NCBI GenBank assembly: GCA_963761305.1
Contig: CAVXGK010000002.1
Location: 1,984,001-2,048,000 of the forward strand
Source of the DNA: an uncultured Gemmatimonadaceae bacterium
Lineage (GTDB): Bacteria > Gemmatimonadota > Gemmatimonadetes > Gemmatimonadales > Gemmatimonadaceae
Reading direction: 5' to 3'
Length of the DNA: 64,000 nt
In this document: piece after piece, positions 19,191 through 28,718 of the stretch
How positions within the stretch are numbered: the stretch's first letter is position 1
Layout: each line of letters starts with the position of its first letter
The notes under the pieces: generated by a model
The model's database searches: none
The model's input: only the letters and a program-made list of their open reading frames with translations
Told to the model about the DNA's origin: nothing
Translations under genes and position numbers: made by a program

Positions 19191-20146
19191 GTTTCCACCG
19201 CCCGTCCGCTCTCACGCTCGGCGCGGACATGCGTGAGCCAGCCGTGTGGATCGTCGACCGCCCCGCGCGCGATGTCGAGAAAGCGTTGCTGAAGTTGAGT
19301 CGTGATCGGCCCGCGCCGGCCGTTGCCGATTTCGACGCGATCGATGCTGCGCACCGGCGTCACTTCCGACGCCGTTCCGCACAAAAAGATTTCGTCGGCC
19401 GTGTAGAGCATCTCGCGCGGCATCTCCTGCTCGCGAGCGTCCAGCCCCAAGTCACGCGCCAATTCGAGAATGCTATAGCGCGTCACGCCGTGCAGCAGCG
19501 TGCCGTTGATCGTCGGCGTGTAGAGGATGCCGCGGTGCACGAGGAAGAGATTCTGCCCCGAGCCTTCGCTGATCATGCCGCCGGTCGTGAGCGCGACGCC
19601 CTCGGCGTATCCGTTGCGGAGCGCCTCCATCTTCACGAGCTGGCTGCCGAGGTAGTTGCCGGCAACCTTGGCCATCGCGGGAATTGTGTTGGGCGCGACG
19701 CGATGCCACGTCGCGACGCACGCGTCGATGCCGTTGTCGAGCGCGCCGTGTCCGAGGTACGTGCCCCACGGCCAGCATGGGAGATAGACCTCGACCGGAC
19801 TGTCGAACGGCACCATGCCGGCGGCGCCGTACCCGCGCACGACCATGGGACGCAGATAGCACGAGTCGACATTGTTGCGCTCGACGAGCTCGCAGCACGC
19901 CGACACCAGCTCGTCGATCGAATACTGAAGATCCATGCGATAGATCTTGCATGAATCGATCATACGCTGAAGATGATCTTCGAGACGGAAGATCGCCGGC
20001 CCGCGCGGCGTCGCGTAGCAGCGGATCCCCTCGAAGACGGAGGATCCGAATTGAAGCGAATGAGCGAGGACGTGAATCGTCGCGTCCCGCCACCGAATGA
20101 ACTCACCGTCGTGCCAGATCCATTCGGTCTCGGTGAGCTTGGCCAA
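19187..20146 (-). CDS. ilvE: Branched-chain amino acid aminotransferase
   Basis: IWHDGE, FGSSVFEGIRCY, YLRP, AKVAGNY, SEGSGQN, LHGVTR, ADEIFLCGTASE; TTG start after GAGGAG. Confidence 0.95.
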   Translation of the reverse strand: MAKLTETEWIWHDGEFIRWRDATIHVLAHSLQFGSSVFEGIRCYATPRGPAIFRLEDHLQRMIDSCKIYRMDLQYSIDELVSACCELVERNNVDSCYLRPMVVRGYGAAGMVPFDSPVEVYLPCWPWGTYLGHGALDNGIDACVATWHRVAPNTIPAMAKVAGNYLGSQLVKMEALRNGYAEGVALTTGGMISEGSGQNLFLVHRGILYTPTINGTLLHGVTRYSILELARDLGLDAREQEMPREMLYTADEIFLCGTASEVTPVRSIDRVEIGNGRRGPITTQLQQRFLDIARGAVDDPHGWLTHVRAERESGRAVET

Positions 20147-20250
20147 GGAACTCCTCGAGGATTTTTTGGAGGCGGCAGGCCCAGCTAGCCCGACACAACG
20201 GTAATATGTCGTTGGAGCGCTCGGTTGCGCCACGGCTTTCTCGCTCGTTG

Positions 20251-21585
20251 CTAGCTCGCGGCCATGGCGCTCAGCAAGGCGTACGCGACTTCGTCGTGCC
20301 CAAGGTCAGAATGACCGCCGATCACCGCGTTCGAGTCGAGGTTGTAGATGCCCCTCGCTGCAAAACTGTAAGAATCGTCGACCGCTTTCAGCGTGACCAC
20401 CTGCGTGCCCGGCGTTTTCTGCGCTCCGTTGCGGCCGAGCCCTCCGTACGGGTCGTTCGCGTCGCCCAACGCTGCGGCGATCTGGCGCGCGATGCGCGAC
20501 GCGAGCGGATACGCAAGACCAACCGCTTTGTCTTTCGCGGTGAAGGTGATCGCGGTCACACCGCGCACACGCACCGGGTCGGTCTCCACGCGCCGATAGA
20601 AGCCGTCGTGCATTCCGTCGTACGAAACGGCGAACGCAAAATGCGAAAACGCGCCCTGCATGAGCGTCAGCGAGTCGACGGGGAGCGGCGCGGAATCCGG
20701 CGCGCCGGCGGCGGCCGCGGTCACCAACCGACAACCAAAGCTGTGTCCGGCAAGGTGAATGCGCAGTGCTTGTGCGCCGTCGGCCGCGCGCTGCTCGCGA
20801 ACTCGTTGCAGCGCGTCGTGGACGCCCCCCTGGCCGATGTCGCCGGCGCGGGTCTTCATCTGGTAGAACGTCACCAGGTTGGCGAGACTCTTCGCGCCGT
20901 CCACCGCCCTGCCGATCCAGTCGCCGAGGCCCGCCGCTCCGCCCATGTCGCCGGCCGAAGGCGTCGCCACCGCGGGACGGCTGAGTCGCTGCAGCAGCTC
21001 GTCGCCGCCCAGCGTGTAGAAGTCGTCGGAGATGACCGGCTCTTCGTCGTTCGCGCCGTGCGGCATGAACGCGCGCACGATCCCCACGAACTCGTCGCGT
21101 GCGTCGAGCGAACCGGCGAGCGATGGAATGAGCGACTTGGCTCGCGCGAGCGCCTTCTTGGCCTCCGGCGTGTCGATGAAGCTGGCCAACAGGTCGATCG
21201 CGGCCGACGCGGCGTCCGCGCCGGCCGCGTCGCTCATCGACGCCGCGCCGCCGGGGATCAGCGAGCTGTCGTCGAACTTCTTGGACGGCCAGAGAATCCC
21301 GCACACAATGACCTGTCGCGCGCGTACCGCCACGCACGCGGCGGCCGGCTTGGGCAGCACCGCTGTGATGTGATCGCCGATCAGCGTGTAGAGCGCTTCG
21401 GCGTCGGGGATGTTGTCGTTCCAGCCGTGCGAGAGCACCAGCAGGTCGGTGACGACCTGCCGGCCCGTCGGCTTGGTCAGCGCGTCGACGAGTGTCGCGA
21501 ACTGGTCCGGCTTGTTGATCGCGCCGTCCTTCGTGAACTCGAGCGGGAAATACGGGAACGGGCCGATCGTCGTGGGCGACGCCAT
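20251..21585 (-). CDS. Alpha/beta-hydrolase-fold protein, cytoplasmic
   Basis: SHGWND oxyanion segment, HLAGHSFG nucleophile elbow, LMQGAFS, GHSDL; no signal peptide. Confidence 0.8.
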   Translation of the reverse strand: MASPTTIGPFPYFPLEFTKDGAINKPDQFATLVDALTKPTGRQVVTDLLVLSHGWNDNIPDAEALYTLIGDHITAVLPKPAAACVAVRARQVIVCGILWPSKKFDDSSLIPGGAASMSDAAGADAASAAIDLLASFIDTPEAKKALARAKSLIPSLAGSLDARDEFVGIVRAFMPHGANDEEPVISDDFYTLGGDELLQRLSRPAVATPSAGDMGGAAGLGDWIGRAVDGAKSLANLVTFYQMKTRAGDIGQGGVHDALQRVREQRAADGAQALRIHLAGHSFGCRLVTAAAAGAPDSAPLPVDSLTLMQGAFSHFAFAVSYDGMHDGFYRRVETDPVRVRGVTAITFTAKDKAVGLAYPLASRIARQIAAALGDANDPYGGLGRNGAQKTPGTQVVTLKAVDDSYSFAARGIYNLDSNAVIGGHSDLGHDEVAYALLSAMAAS

Positions 21586-21600
21586 GGGGGGGAGTGCGAG

Positions 21601-23121
21601 CTAGACCGATTGAATGGCGCGCATCAGGTCGATCAACCCCGCGCCCTGGAAATAGCGCTCGCGATTGAGATCGGTCGCGGCGCGCATGAAGATCCGTTTC
21701 ACCTCTTCGGATTGACCGATGTACTCGCGGCGGATGGAGAGAAACGCGGCGATCGCGCCGGACACGTGCGGCGCGGCCATGCTCGTGCCGCTGTCTTCGA
21801 CATACAACGCGTCGCTCTGCGTGGCGGTGCGGGCGGCGTCGAGCGCCGCGCCGGCGCCGCACGAGATGATCTTCTCGCCCGGCGCCACGACGTCCGGCTT
21901 GGGACGTCCGTCGCCCGTCGGGCCCTTGGACGAGAAATAGGACACGCCGTACACGTGGGGCATGTCGCGGTGCGTCGACCCGACCGTGATGGCGCGGTCT
22001 GCGTTGCCCGGATCGTTGATGCTGAGCGACAACCCGGCCGCGACGCTGCCGCGATCGACCGTCTCGTCGTAGCCGTAGCCGGTGTTGCCCGCCGCGACGA
22101 CGACCACGACGCCCGACCGTACCAGCCGATCCACGACGTTGCATAGCGGACTCTGTCCGCAGGCGAACCACTCCGGATCGAAGTCGTAGCCGACGCTGAG
22201 GTTCACGCCGTGGATCTTGATGTCCTTTCCGTATCCGTTCACACGATCCACCGACTCCAGCGCGACGATCACGTTGCTCACGGGTCCGCGTCCGTCGGGG
22301 CCGAGCACCTTGAGGCTGACCAGCGTCGCCTGCGGCGCGATGCCGCGGATCGCCCTGAGCGGCACGACCTCCCGCGTCACGGCGCCCATCTCGTCTCGAT
22401 GCCGCGAGACCGCGGAGATCGTCTGCCCCGGCGGCAGATCGGCCAGCGCCAACTCGCCGGCGATGATGCCCGCGACGTGCGTCCCGTGCCCGAAGTCGTC
22501 GACGAGCGGCGTTCCGGCGGTGCCGGGCGGCGCCGTGAAGTCCACGTGCGCGAGCGGCGCATCCAACAACAGCGTCTTGTGTTTTCGAAAGTGCGGATGG
22601 TCGCCTTGCACGCCGGAGTCGAGCACTGCCCACACGACCTTCGCGCCGCTCGCCGTGAACGCGGTGAGCGCCGCGTCGGCCTTCACGGTGCTCACCGAAT
22701 GCGTGAGCAGCGCCTTGACCTCGAAGTCCGGCCAGATGTGAAAGATCACGCGCGCCGGCGAGTTCGACGCTCCACCGGCCGATTGCGCGTCGAGCTTCAC
22801 GAGCGCGCGAATCGCGCGGCCGTCGAGCCGCGCGAAAACGTACTGGTCGCTCAAGTCGGTCTTGCGATGATTGACACCGATGCCGGTGCTGTCGACGCGC
22901 GCGTCGGAGCTGGCAGCGAGCGCGACGGCGATCAAATCGGCGACGCGCTGGCGCGCTCGCTCACGCCCGCCCGCATATAACATGTTGACGTCGATGACGA
23001 CGTCGAAGACGGCGTTGTCGCCGCGTTGGTCGAGCAGTTCGAGAAGCGGACGCGCGATGACCGTCCTGTCGAGGACGGTCGGATCGAATCGTTTGTCGGG
23101 CGTGGGTGTTGGGGGGGCCAT
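21601..23121 (-). CDS. S8 subtilase, cytoplasmic
   Basis: Triad VLDSG / HGTHVAG / SGTSMAAPHVSG, AAGN; no signal peptide. Confidence 0.93.
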   Translation of the reverse strand: MAPPTPTPDKRFDPTVLDRTVIARPLLELLDQRGDNAVFDVVIDVNMLYAGGRERARQRVADLIAVALAASSDARVDSTGIGVNHRKTDLSDQYVFARLDGRAIRALVKLDAQSAGGASNSPARVIFHIWPDFEVKALLTHSVSTVKADAALTAFTASGAKVVWAVLDSGVQGDHPHFRKHKTLLLDAPLAHVDFTAPPGTAGTPLVDDFGHGTHVAGIIAGELALADLPPGQTISAVSRHRDEMGAVTREVVPLRAIRGIAPQATLVSLKVLGPDGRGPVSNVIVALESVDRVNGYGKDIKIHGVNLSVGYDFDPEWFACGQSPLCNVVDRLVRSGVVVVVAAGNTGYGYDETVDRGSVAAGLSLSINDPGNADRAITVGSTHRDMPHVYGVSYFSSKGPTGDGRPKPDVVAPGEKIISCGAGAALDAARTATQSDALYVEDSGTSMAAPHVSGAIAAFLSIRREYIGQSEEVKRIFMRAATDLNRERYFQGAGLIDLMRAIQSV

Positions 23122-23299
23122 CGGGCAGGCTCGAGGGGCGAGCGATGGCGGCGGCGCCGCCAGAATGCTGGGCCCGATCGACGCGCCGGGCAAGGGATAG
23201 TACGCCTTCTCGCACAAAGACCGGACCCACCAGCGCCGACGAACGATGGCGCCCGGCCCCGCGTACTAAGGGTGGTCACTTCATCCGATTGGAGCTCAC

Positions 23300-24526
23300 G
23301 TGGGCCTCGGCACAAATCGTTCGTTTTCACGGCGCGCGTCGCGCGCGGCCCTCGCCGCGGCCGGCTGCGTCGCGCTGTTCGCCGCTCTCGTCGGCTTCAG
23401 ATCGTTCGCGCGCGTCGCCCCAGGGTTGTCGTTCCGAATCTCATCGGCCGTGCGCATCTACCCCGGCGACACGCCGCGCAATCAGGACGACGAGGTGATG
23501 CGCGGTCGCGGCATCGCGGTAAACAACCGCTCGCGCATCGAATTCCTCGCCTACACCCCCATGCCCTCGAACGTCACATCCGACGACTATCTCGTCTCCG
23601 TGGACTCGGGCAAGGTGTTCCTCTATCACACCGGCAGTCAGACCTTCGCGCCGGCCAACGACACGTTCGGCGGCCCGGCCGTCGTCGCGATCGGCCGAGT
23701 GCTCGGCGGTGGCGCACGCGGAGGGCGCGGCGGTGCGGCGGGCGCGAACGGTGATCCGAACGCCGCGGGTGGTGGCGGCGGGGCCGGACGCGCCGGACGC
23801 GGAGGTTTTCCAGGCCGCGGCGGCGGGGGCGGTGGCGGTGGTGGCGGCGGAAACCCCGGTCGCGGCCGTGGCCGAGGACGTGGGAGCGTCAGTCAAGGTT
23901 TCTTGACGCAGATCAATCTGCTCGACGTGAGCTTCAAGGTCGAAAAGCTCGGCGCCGATTCGGCGATCGAGGGCCGGCCGACGCAGCACTATCGCATCAC
24001 CAGCGACTATCGCGTCGTCTGGAGCGACCAGGGGTTCCCCGCGCACGCCGTCACCGACGTCTGGACCGTCGCGTTGCCGACGCTCATCCCGAATCCATTC
24101 GAGCCGCTCATCGTCGCCGATCAGTCGACCGACGGCCCGCTGATCGAATACGCGCTCAAGCTCCGCTCCGCGCGCGCCCAGATCGAAGGCACGCTCGTCA
24201 AAGTCGTGACGACGACGACGCTCGCCAACATTCGCGACATCGTCGGCTTTCAGAGTTTCGTGACGGACGATCCGACGGTCGACAAGCTCACGATCGTGCA
24301 GCAGACGCAGCTCACGAACATTCAGCCCGCCGACGTCGATCCGAAACAGGTCGACGTGCCGGACATGTCCGGCGCCGAAACGCAGGAATCGCCGTCCTCG
24401 GCGCCAACCTCGCCAACCTCGCCAACCTCGCCAACCTCGCCAACCTCGCCAACCTCGCCAACCTCGCCGACCTCGCCGACCTCGCCGACCTCGCCAACCT
24501 CGCCGACCTCACGCCCGCCGCGCTAA
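23300..24526 (+). CDS. Hypothetical exported protein (DUF4412-like C-terminal half) with Gly/Arg insert and SPT tail
   Basis: Signal-like N-terminus; KLGADSAIEGRPTQHYRIT...TDVW...VDPKQVDVP pattern. Confidence 0.65.
   Translation: MGLGTNRSFSRRASRAALAAAGCVALFAALVGFRSFARVAPGLSFRISSAVRIYPGDTPRNQDDEVMRGRGIAVNNRSRIEFLAYTPMPSNVTSDDYLVSVDSGKVFLYHTGSQTFAPANDTFGGPAVVAIGRVLGGGARGGRGGAAGANGDPNAAGGGGGAGRAGRGGFPGRGGGGGGGGGGGNPGRGRGRGRGSVSQGFLTQINLLDVSFKVEKLGADSAIEGRPTQHYRITSDYRVVWSDQGFPAHAVTDVWTVALPTLIPNPFEPLIVADQSTDGPLIEYALKLRSARAQIEGTLVKVVTTTTLANIRDIVGFQSFVTDDPTVDKLTIVQQTQLTNIQPADVDPKQVDVPDMSGAETQESPSSAPTSPTSPTSPTSPTSPTSPTSPTSPTSPTSPTSPTSRPPR
24410..24508 (+). repeat. 9-bp coding tandem repeat TCGCC(A/G)ACC x11 (Ser-Pro-Thr)
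   Basis: Directly visible. Confidence 0.95.
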
Positions 24527-24535
24527 ATTCGCGGG

Positions 24536-24979
24536 ATGGCGAATCGAATCGCGTGGGTCGTGGCCGCGTTGGCTGGGGCGTCGGCGCTGACGGCGTTTGC
24601 CCGCCGCGCGCCGGTGCCCGAGCCGACGCACACGGTATGGGACAGCGTGTACACGGCGGCGCAGGCCTCGCACGGCGACTCGCTCTACCATGCCACGTGC
24701 GTGAAGTGCCACGGCGCGACCCTCGGCGGCGGTGACCAGGGCTCACCACTCGTCGGCATGGCGTTCCTCGACAACTGGCGCGACCTGACGCTCGACCAGT
24801 TGTACGACAAGATCCGCACGACGATGCCACCCGACAATCCGAAGACGATCGCCACGCGCGACGTCGCCGATCTTCTCGCCTACCTCCTCGCGCAAAATCA
24901 GTTTCCCGCCGGCGCGAAGACGCTGACCGACAGCGTCGATCAGCTCAAGGACATCAAGATCACGTCGAGCCGCCCCTAG
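24536..24979 (+). CDS. Monoheme cytochrome c
   Basis: Signal peptide, CVKCH, TMPPDNP Met ligand. Confidence 0.9.
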   Translation: MANRIAWVVAALAGASALTAFARRAPVPEPTHTVWDSVYTAAQASHGDSLYHATCVKCHGATLGGGDQGSPLVGMAFLDNWRDLTLDQLYDKIRTTMPPDNPKTIATRDVADLLAYLLAQNQFPAGAKTLTDSVDQLKDIKITSSRP

Positions 24980-26709
24980 CGAAGAGCGGGCGGCTTGGCT
25001 GGAGAGGGCACCTTGGCCGCGGCACTGTCCGCGGCCGTTTTCTTGGTGCTGTCGGCGGGCGCCGGCGGCGGCTCGTAATCCTTTTCAGGAATCTTGAACA
25101 GCTTGTCCTGCGGATCCTCGACGCCCATCACGCGCTTCGACATGTAGTCGCCGACCTTGGGGCCCATCTTGAACCCCTCGGCGTTGCCGCCCCCGGCGAT
25201 CCAGACGTTGTTCCAGCCGGGGTGATGATCGAAGATGAAGTTGCCGCTCGACGTCGACTCGTAGTGGCACGAGTGAGTCTGGGAGATCGGCGCGTCCTTG
25301 AGAATTGGAAAGCGATGCGCGACGAAGCGGCGTGTGCTGTCCAGCCGGGTTTGATCCACCCAGCGGTCGCTCGTGTCGGGATCCTGCTGCTGCGGCGGGA
25401 CGTCCTGCTGTTGGAACGCGCCGGCACCGGCTGCGCCCCGTCCACCGCCGCCAGCGTTCGCGCCGCCACGTCCCCCCCCTCCACCGCCGCGACCGCCGCG
25501 ACCTCCGCGACCTCCGCGACCCTCGGCCCCCGGCACCCCGGCTGACGACGTCTGCGCTCCCTGCGGCAACGCGGGAGCGCCGTCCGCCCCAGGGCCGCCC
25601 CGTCCGGCGCCGCGCCCGTCCGCGGCGACGACTTGATCCGGCGCGCGCTCCCCACCGCGAACGCGGAAGCCGCGGTTGTCGACCGGCAACGCGGCCCAAC
25701 CCGTCACGCCCGGGAAGTTGTAGCTCGGAAGGTTCGGATACGTAAACCGGTAGTCGCCGATCGGCGTCGCGTAGTAGCACACGTACCCCATCGGCACGCG
25801 CGTCTTCTTCGCGAAGAGCTCGGGGAACGTTTTGCCGAGCCACGGGCCGACCGCGTAGACGAAGGTGTCGGCGCGCACCGTGGCGCCGGTGTCGAGCTTG
25901 AGCTCAGTGAGCCGCCCATTGACGCTCTTTCCCGGCGAGGCGCGTCCGATGACGATCTTGCCGCCCAGATGCTCGAACGCAGCGGCGACCGACTGGCAGG
26001 CGCGACGCGCGCGCACGACGCCGGCGTCCGGTTCATACAACACGGCCGTGATGTCGTCCATCGAGATGATCGGGAACGACTTTCGGACGTCGTCCGGATT
26101 GAGGACCTGATACGGGATCTTGTTCTTGTCCCACCAGACCTTGCAACGGAGCTGGAAGTTGTCCCACTCCGAGCGCATGATCAGATCGCCGGTGACGTGG
26201 AAGAGGTTGAGCCGCAGGTCGCGTCCCCACTCGTCGTCGAACGCGATCCATTTCTTCATCGCCTCGCGCGCCCACAGCATCCAGACTTCGCCGAGTTCAC
26301 CGGGCCGGTCGCCGTAGGACGAGCGAACGCCGCGTGTCTCGTCGCCCGACGTCGATCGCGCGTTGCCCGCGCCGTACGCGTCGACGATGGTGACCTTCGC
26401 GCCCATCTTGCGCAGGTTGAGCGCGGTCCAACCGCCCCACGCACCGGCGCCCACGACGACGATGTCCGGCGACGCGCCCGAGCGAACGAACGGAACGCGC
26501 GGTGCCGGCTTGACGGTCGATTTGCCGAGGTTCGCGCGTCCGACGATCAGGGCGCCGGCGCTCGCGCCTGCCACTTTCAGGAAGTCGCGGCGGGCGAGCG
26601 GATTGTATGTGAAGTCCGGATTCTCCCCGGCGACGGGCGGGAGATCAGCGTCGTTGGTGGTCGGAGACGCGGCGGATTCGGAGGCAGGCGAGGTCGGATC
26701 GGTCGGCAT
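24976..26709 (-). CDS. Tat-exported FAD-dependent oxidoreductase, monomeric sarcosine oxidase/DAO family
   Basis: RRDFLK; VVVGAGAWGG; STSGDETRGVRSSYG; THSCHYE (MSOX covalent-Cys position); GGNAEGFKMGP. Confidence 0.85.
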   Translation of the reverse strand: MPTDPTSPASESAASPTTNDADLPPVAGENPDFTYNPLARRDFLKVAGASAGALIVGRANLGKSTVKPAPRVPFVRSGASPDIVVVGAGAWGGWTALNLRKMGAKVTIVDAYGAGNARSTSGDETRGVRSSYGDRPGELGEVWMLWAREAMKKWIAFDDEWGRDLRLNLFHVTGDLIMRSEWDNFQLRCKVWWDKNKIPYQVLNPDDVRKSFPIISMDDITAVLYEPDAGVVRARRACQSVAAAFEHLGGKIVIGRASPGKSVNGRLTELKLDTGATVRADTFVYAVGPWLGKTFPELFAKKTRVPMGYVCYYATPIGDYRFTYPNLPSYNFPGVTGWAALPVDNRGFRVRGGERAPDQVVAADGRGAGRGGPGADGAPALPQGAQTSSAGVPGAEGRGGRGGRGGRGGGGGGRGGANAGGGGRGAAGAGAFQQQDVPPQQQDPDTSDRWVDQTRLDSTRRFVAHRFPILKDAPISQTHSCHYESTSSGNFIFDHHPGWNNVWIAGGGNAEGFKMGPKVGDYMSKRVMGVEDPQDKLFKIPEKDYEPPPAPADSTKKTAADSAAAKVPSPAKPPALR

Positions 26710-26869
26710 TCCGGACGGGTGAGGAACGCTGCACAAGATGTCGTGCGGACCGGCCCAAATCAAACGTGAGACGGTCGCGAAACAGCGCGCGCGCGATATT
26801 ATTGGCGTGTTCGCCACGAGTTGCACGCCCGGATGATTCGCCGGCGTGCGAGCCTTGGGAGAGACCTGG

Positions 26870-27370
26870 ATGCGGAACCGCCGTCTGAGATTCATGGTGT
26901 GGGCCACACTGATCGTCGGCTGCGCGACCGCGGCGCCCAACGTGCGCCCGCCGCTCGGCGCGAACCTCGCGCGCGGCGCCCTCACCGGCGCGCCAGTGCC
27001 GCTGCGCTTCGACCCGAACGCCAAGGTCATCAGGTCCACGGCGGCCAATCTTCCGCCCGCGTCGTACTCGGCAGCGCAGGCCGCGCGGGGCGAAGCGGTG
27101 TACGGCAACACGTGCGGCGCGTGCCATCAACCCGGGTCGCTCGTCGGCCAGGAGTTCGTCGAATCGTGGAGCGACCGCCGCGTTTACGACTTCTACGCGC
27201 TCGTGCGCGGCACGATGCCGCTGGACAATCCCGGCGGCCTCAAGGACCAGGAATACCTCGACGTGATCGCGTACTTGCTCAAGGCGAATCACGCCCCCGC
27301 CGGGACCGACTCGCTGGCCGTCGACACTGTTGCGCTTCGCGCACACAAGATCGCCGTTCACTTTCCGTAG
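26870..27370 (+). CDS. Monoheme cytochrome c (possible lipoprotein)
   Basis: CGACH, TMPLDNP; LIVGC lipobox-like. Confidence 0.88.
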   Translation: MRNRRLRFMVWATLIVGCATAAPNVRPPLGANLARGALTGAPVPLRFDPNAKVIRSTAANLPPASYSAAQAARGEAVYGNTCGACHQPGSLVGQEFVESWSDRRVYDFYALVRGTMPLDNPGGLKDQEYLDVIAYLLKANHAPAGTDSLAVDTVALRAHKIAVHFP

Positions 27371-27392
27371 GTCTTCTTCGACGAGGACGCCG

Positions 27393-28562
27393 ATGGCCGC
27401 TCACTCGCGCTCCCTCGCGCGCTGTATTGCGCGCTCGCTGGCCGTGATTTCATCGGTAGCCGCGCCGCTGGCGGCGCCGCTCGCCGCGCAGACGCCGTCG
27501 TCGGCGACGATGCCGCCGATCAACGACCTACCCAACCCGTTCCGCGTCGATACGACGTGGGCCAAGCTGCCCCCGGGCCGCACGTGGGGATCCACGAGCG
27601 CGGTGGCGATCGATCGCGACGGCAAGAGCGTGTGGATGGCCGAGCGCTGCGGCTCGAACAGCTGCGCCACCTCGACCCTCGATCCGGTGATCAAGTTCGA
27701 CGCGAACGGCAACGCCGTCGCGCACTTCGGCGCGGGACTGATCGTCGCGCCGCACGGCATCTTCGTCGACAAGGACGATAACGTCTGGGTCGTCGACTGC
27801 GCGTGCACCGGCGGCGGCGGACGTCGCGGCGGCGGCGGCGCGCCACCCGCGGGCGCGGCAGGCGCAGGCCGCGGCGCCGATTCGACCGCTCCGCCCAAGG
27901 GACATCAGATCTTCGAGTTCAGCCCCGACGGCAAGCTGCTCCGCACGCTCGGCAAGCCGGGCGGCGCGCGCGACCCGGACTACTTCTTCCAGCCGAACGC
28001 CATCCTGATCGCGCCCAACGGCGACATGTTCGTCTCCGAAGGCCATTCGTCGGCGCCTGGCAGCGCCGCGCGTCTATACAAATTTTCCAAAGACGGCACG
28101 CTCATCAAAGCGTGGGGCCAGCTCGGCAACGGTCCCGACGATTTCGATCAGCCGCACGCGCTGGCGATGGATTCGAAGGGTCGTCTGTTCGTCGGCGACC
28201 GCGGCAACAACCGGATCAAGATCTTCGACCAGGACGGCAAGCTGCTCGACACGTGGTACCAGTTCAGCCGCCCGAGCGGCATCGTCATCGACGCCCAGGA
28301 CAACATCTACGTCGCGGATTCGGAGTCGCAGTCCGTCGGGAGCGGGCGCACTCGCGAGTGGAAGCGCGGAATCCGCATCGGCAATGCGAAGGACGGCTCG
28401 GTGAAGTACTTCATCCCGGATCCCGTCTCGAATGCGACGAACACCAGTTCAGCGGAAGGCGTGGCTGCGGACGCGGCGGGGCACATCTACGGCGCCGAGG
28501 TCGGGCCGCAGGTGTACGGTGACGCGGCGACCGCGCACTTGAAGCGGTATACGAAACAGTAG
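27393..28562 (+). CDS. NHL-repeat, peptidyl-alpha-hydroxyglycine lyase (PAL)-like beta-propeller, secreted
   Basis: APHGIFVD, QPHALAMD, VGDRGNNRIKIFD, RPSGIVID. Confidence 0.85.
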   Translation: MAAHSRSLARCIARSLAVISSVAAPLAAPLAAQTPSSATMPPINDLPNPFRVDTTWAKLPPGRTWGSTSAVAIDRDGKSVWMAERCGSNSCATSTLDPVIKFDANGNAVAHFGAGLIVAPHGIFVDKDDNVWVVDCACTGGGGRRGGGGAPPAGAAGAGRGADSTAPPKGHQIFEFSPDGKLLRTLGKPGGARDPDYFFQPNAILIAPNGDMFVSEGHSSAPGSAARLYKFSKDGTLIKAWGQLGNGPDDFDQPHALAMDSKGRLFVGDRGNNRIKIFDQDGKLLDTWYQFSRPSGIVIDAQDNIYVADSESQSVGSGRTREWKRGIRIGNAKDGSVKYFIPDPVSNATNTSSAEGVAADAAGHIYGAEVGPQVYGDAATAHLKRYTKQ

Positions 28563-28718
28563 GTGGACCGGTAGACCGCAAGAAGTCAGACGTCTGATGT
28601 CAGATGTCTGACGTCAGATATCTCGATTCGCGCCGTCCACCCGTCCACCCGTCCACCCGTCCACCCGTCCACCCGTCCCGACCGTCCGTCCACCTGTCCA
28701 CCTGTCCACCTGTCCACC
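28561..28718. repeat. Intergenic composite of octamer (GGTGGAC[C/G/A]) and heptamer ([A/T]GA[C/T]GTC) tandem repeats
   Basis: ggtggaccggtagacc at 28562; 6 heptamers at 28581-28622; about 10 ccgtccac/ctgtccac units at 28633-28718. Confidence 0.85.
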
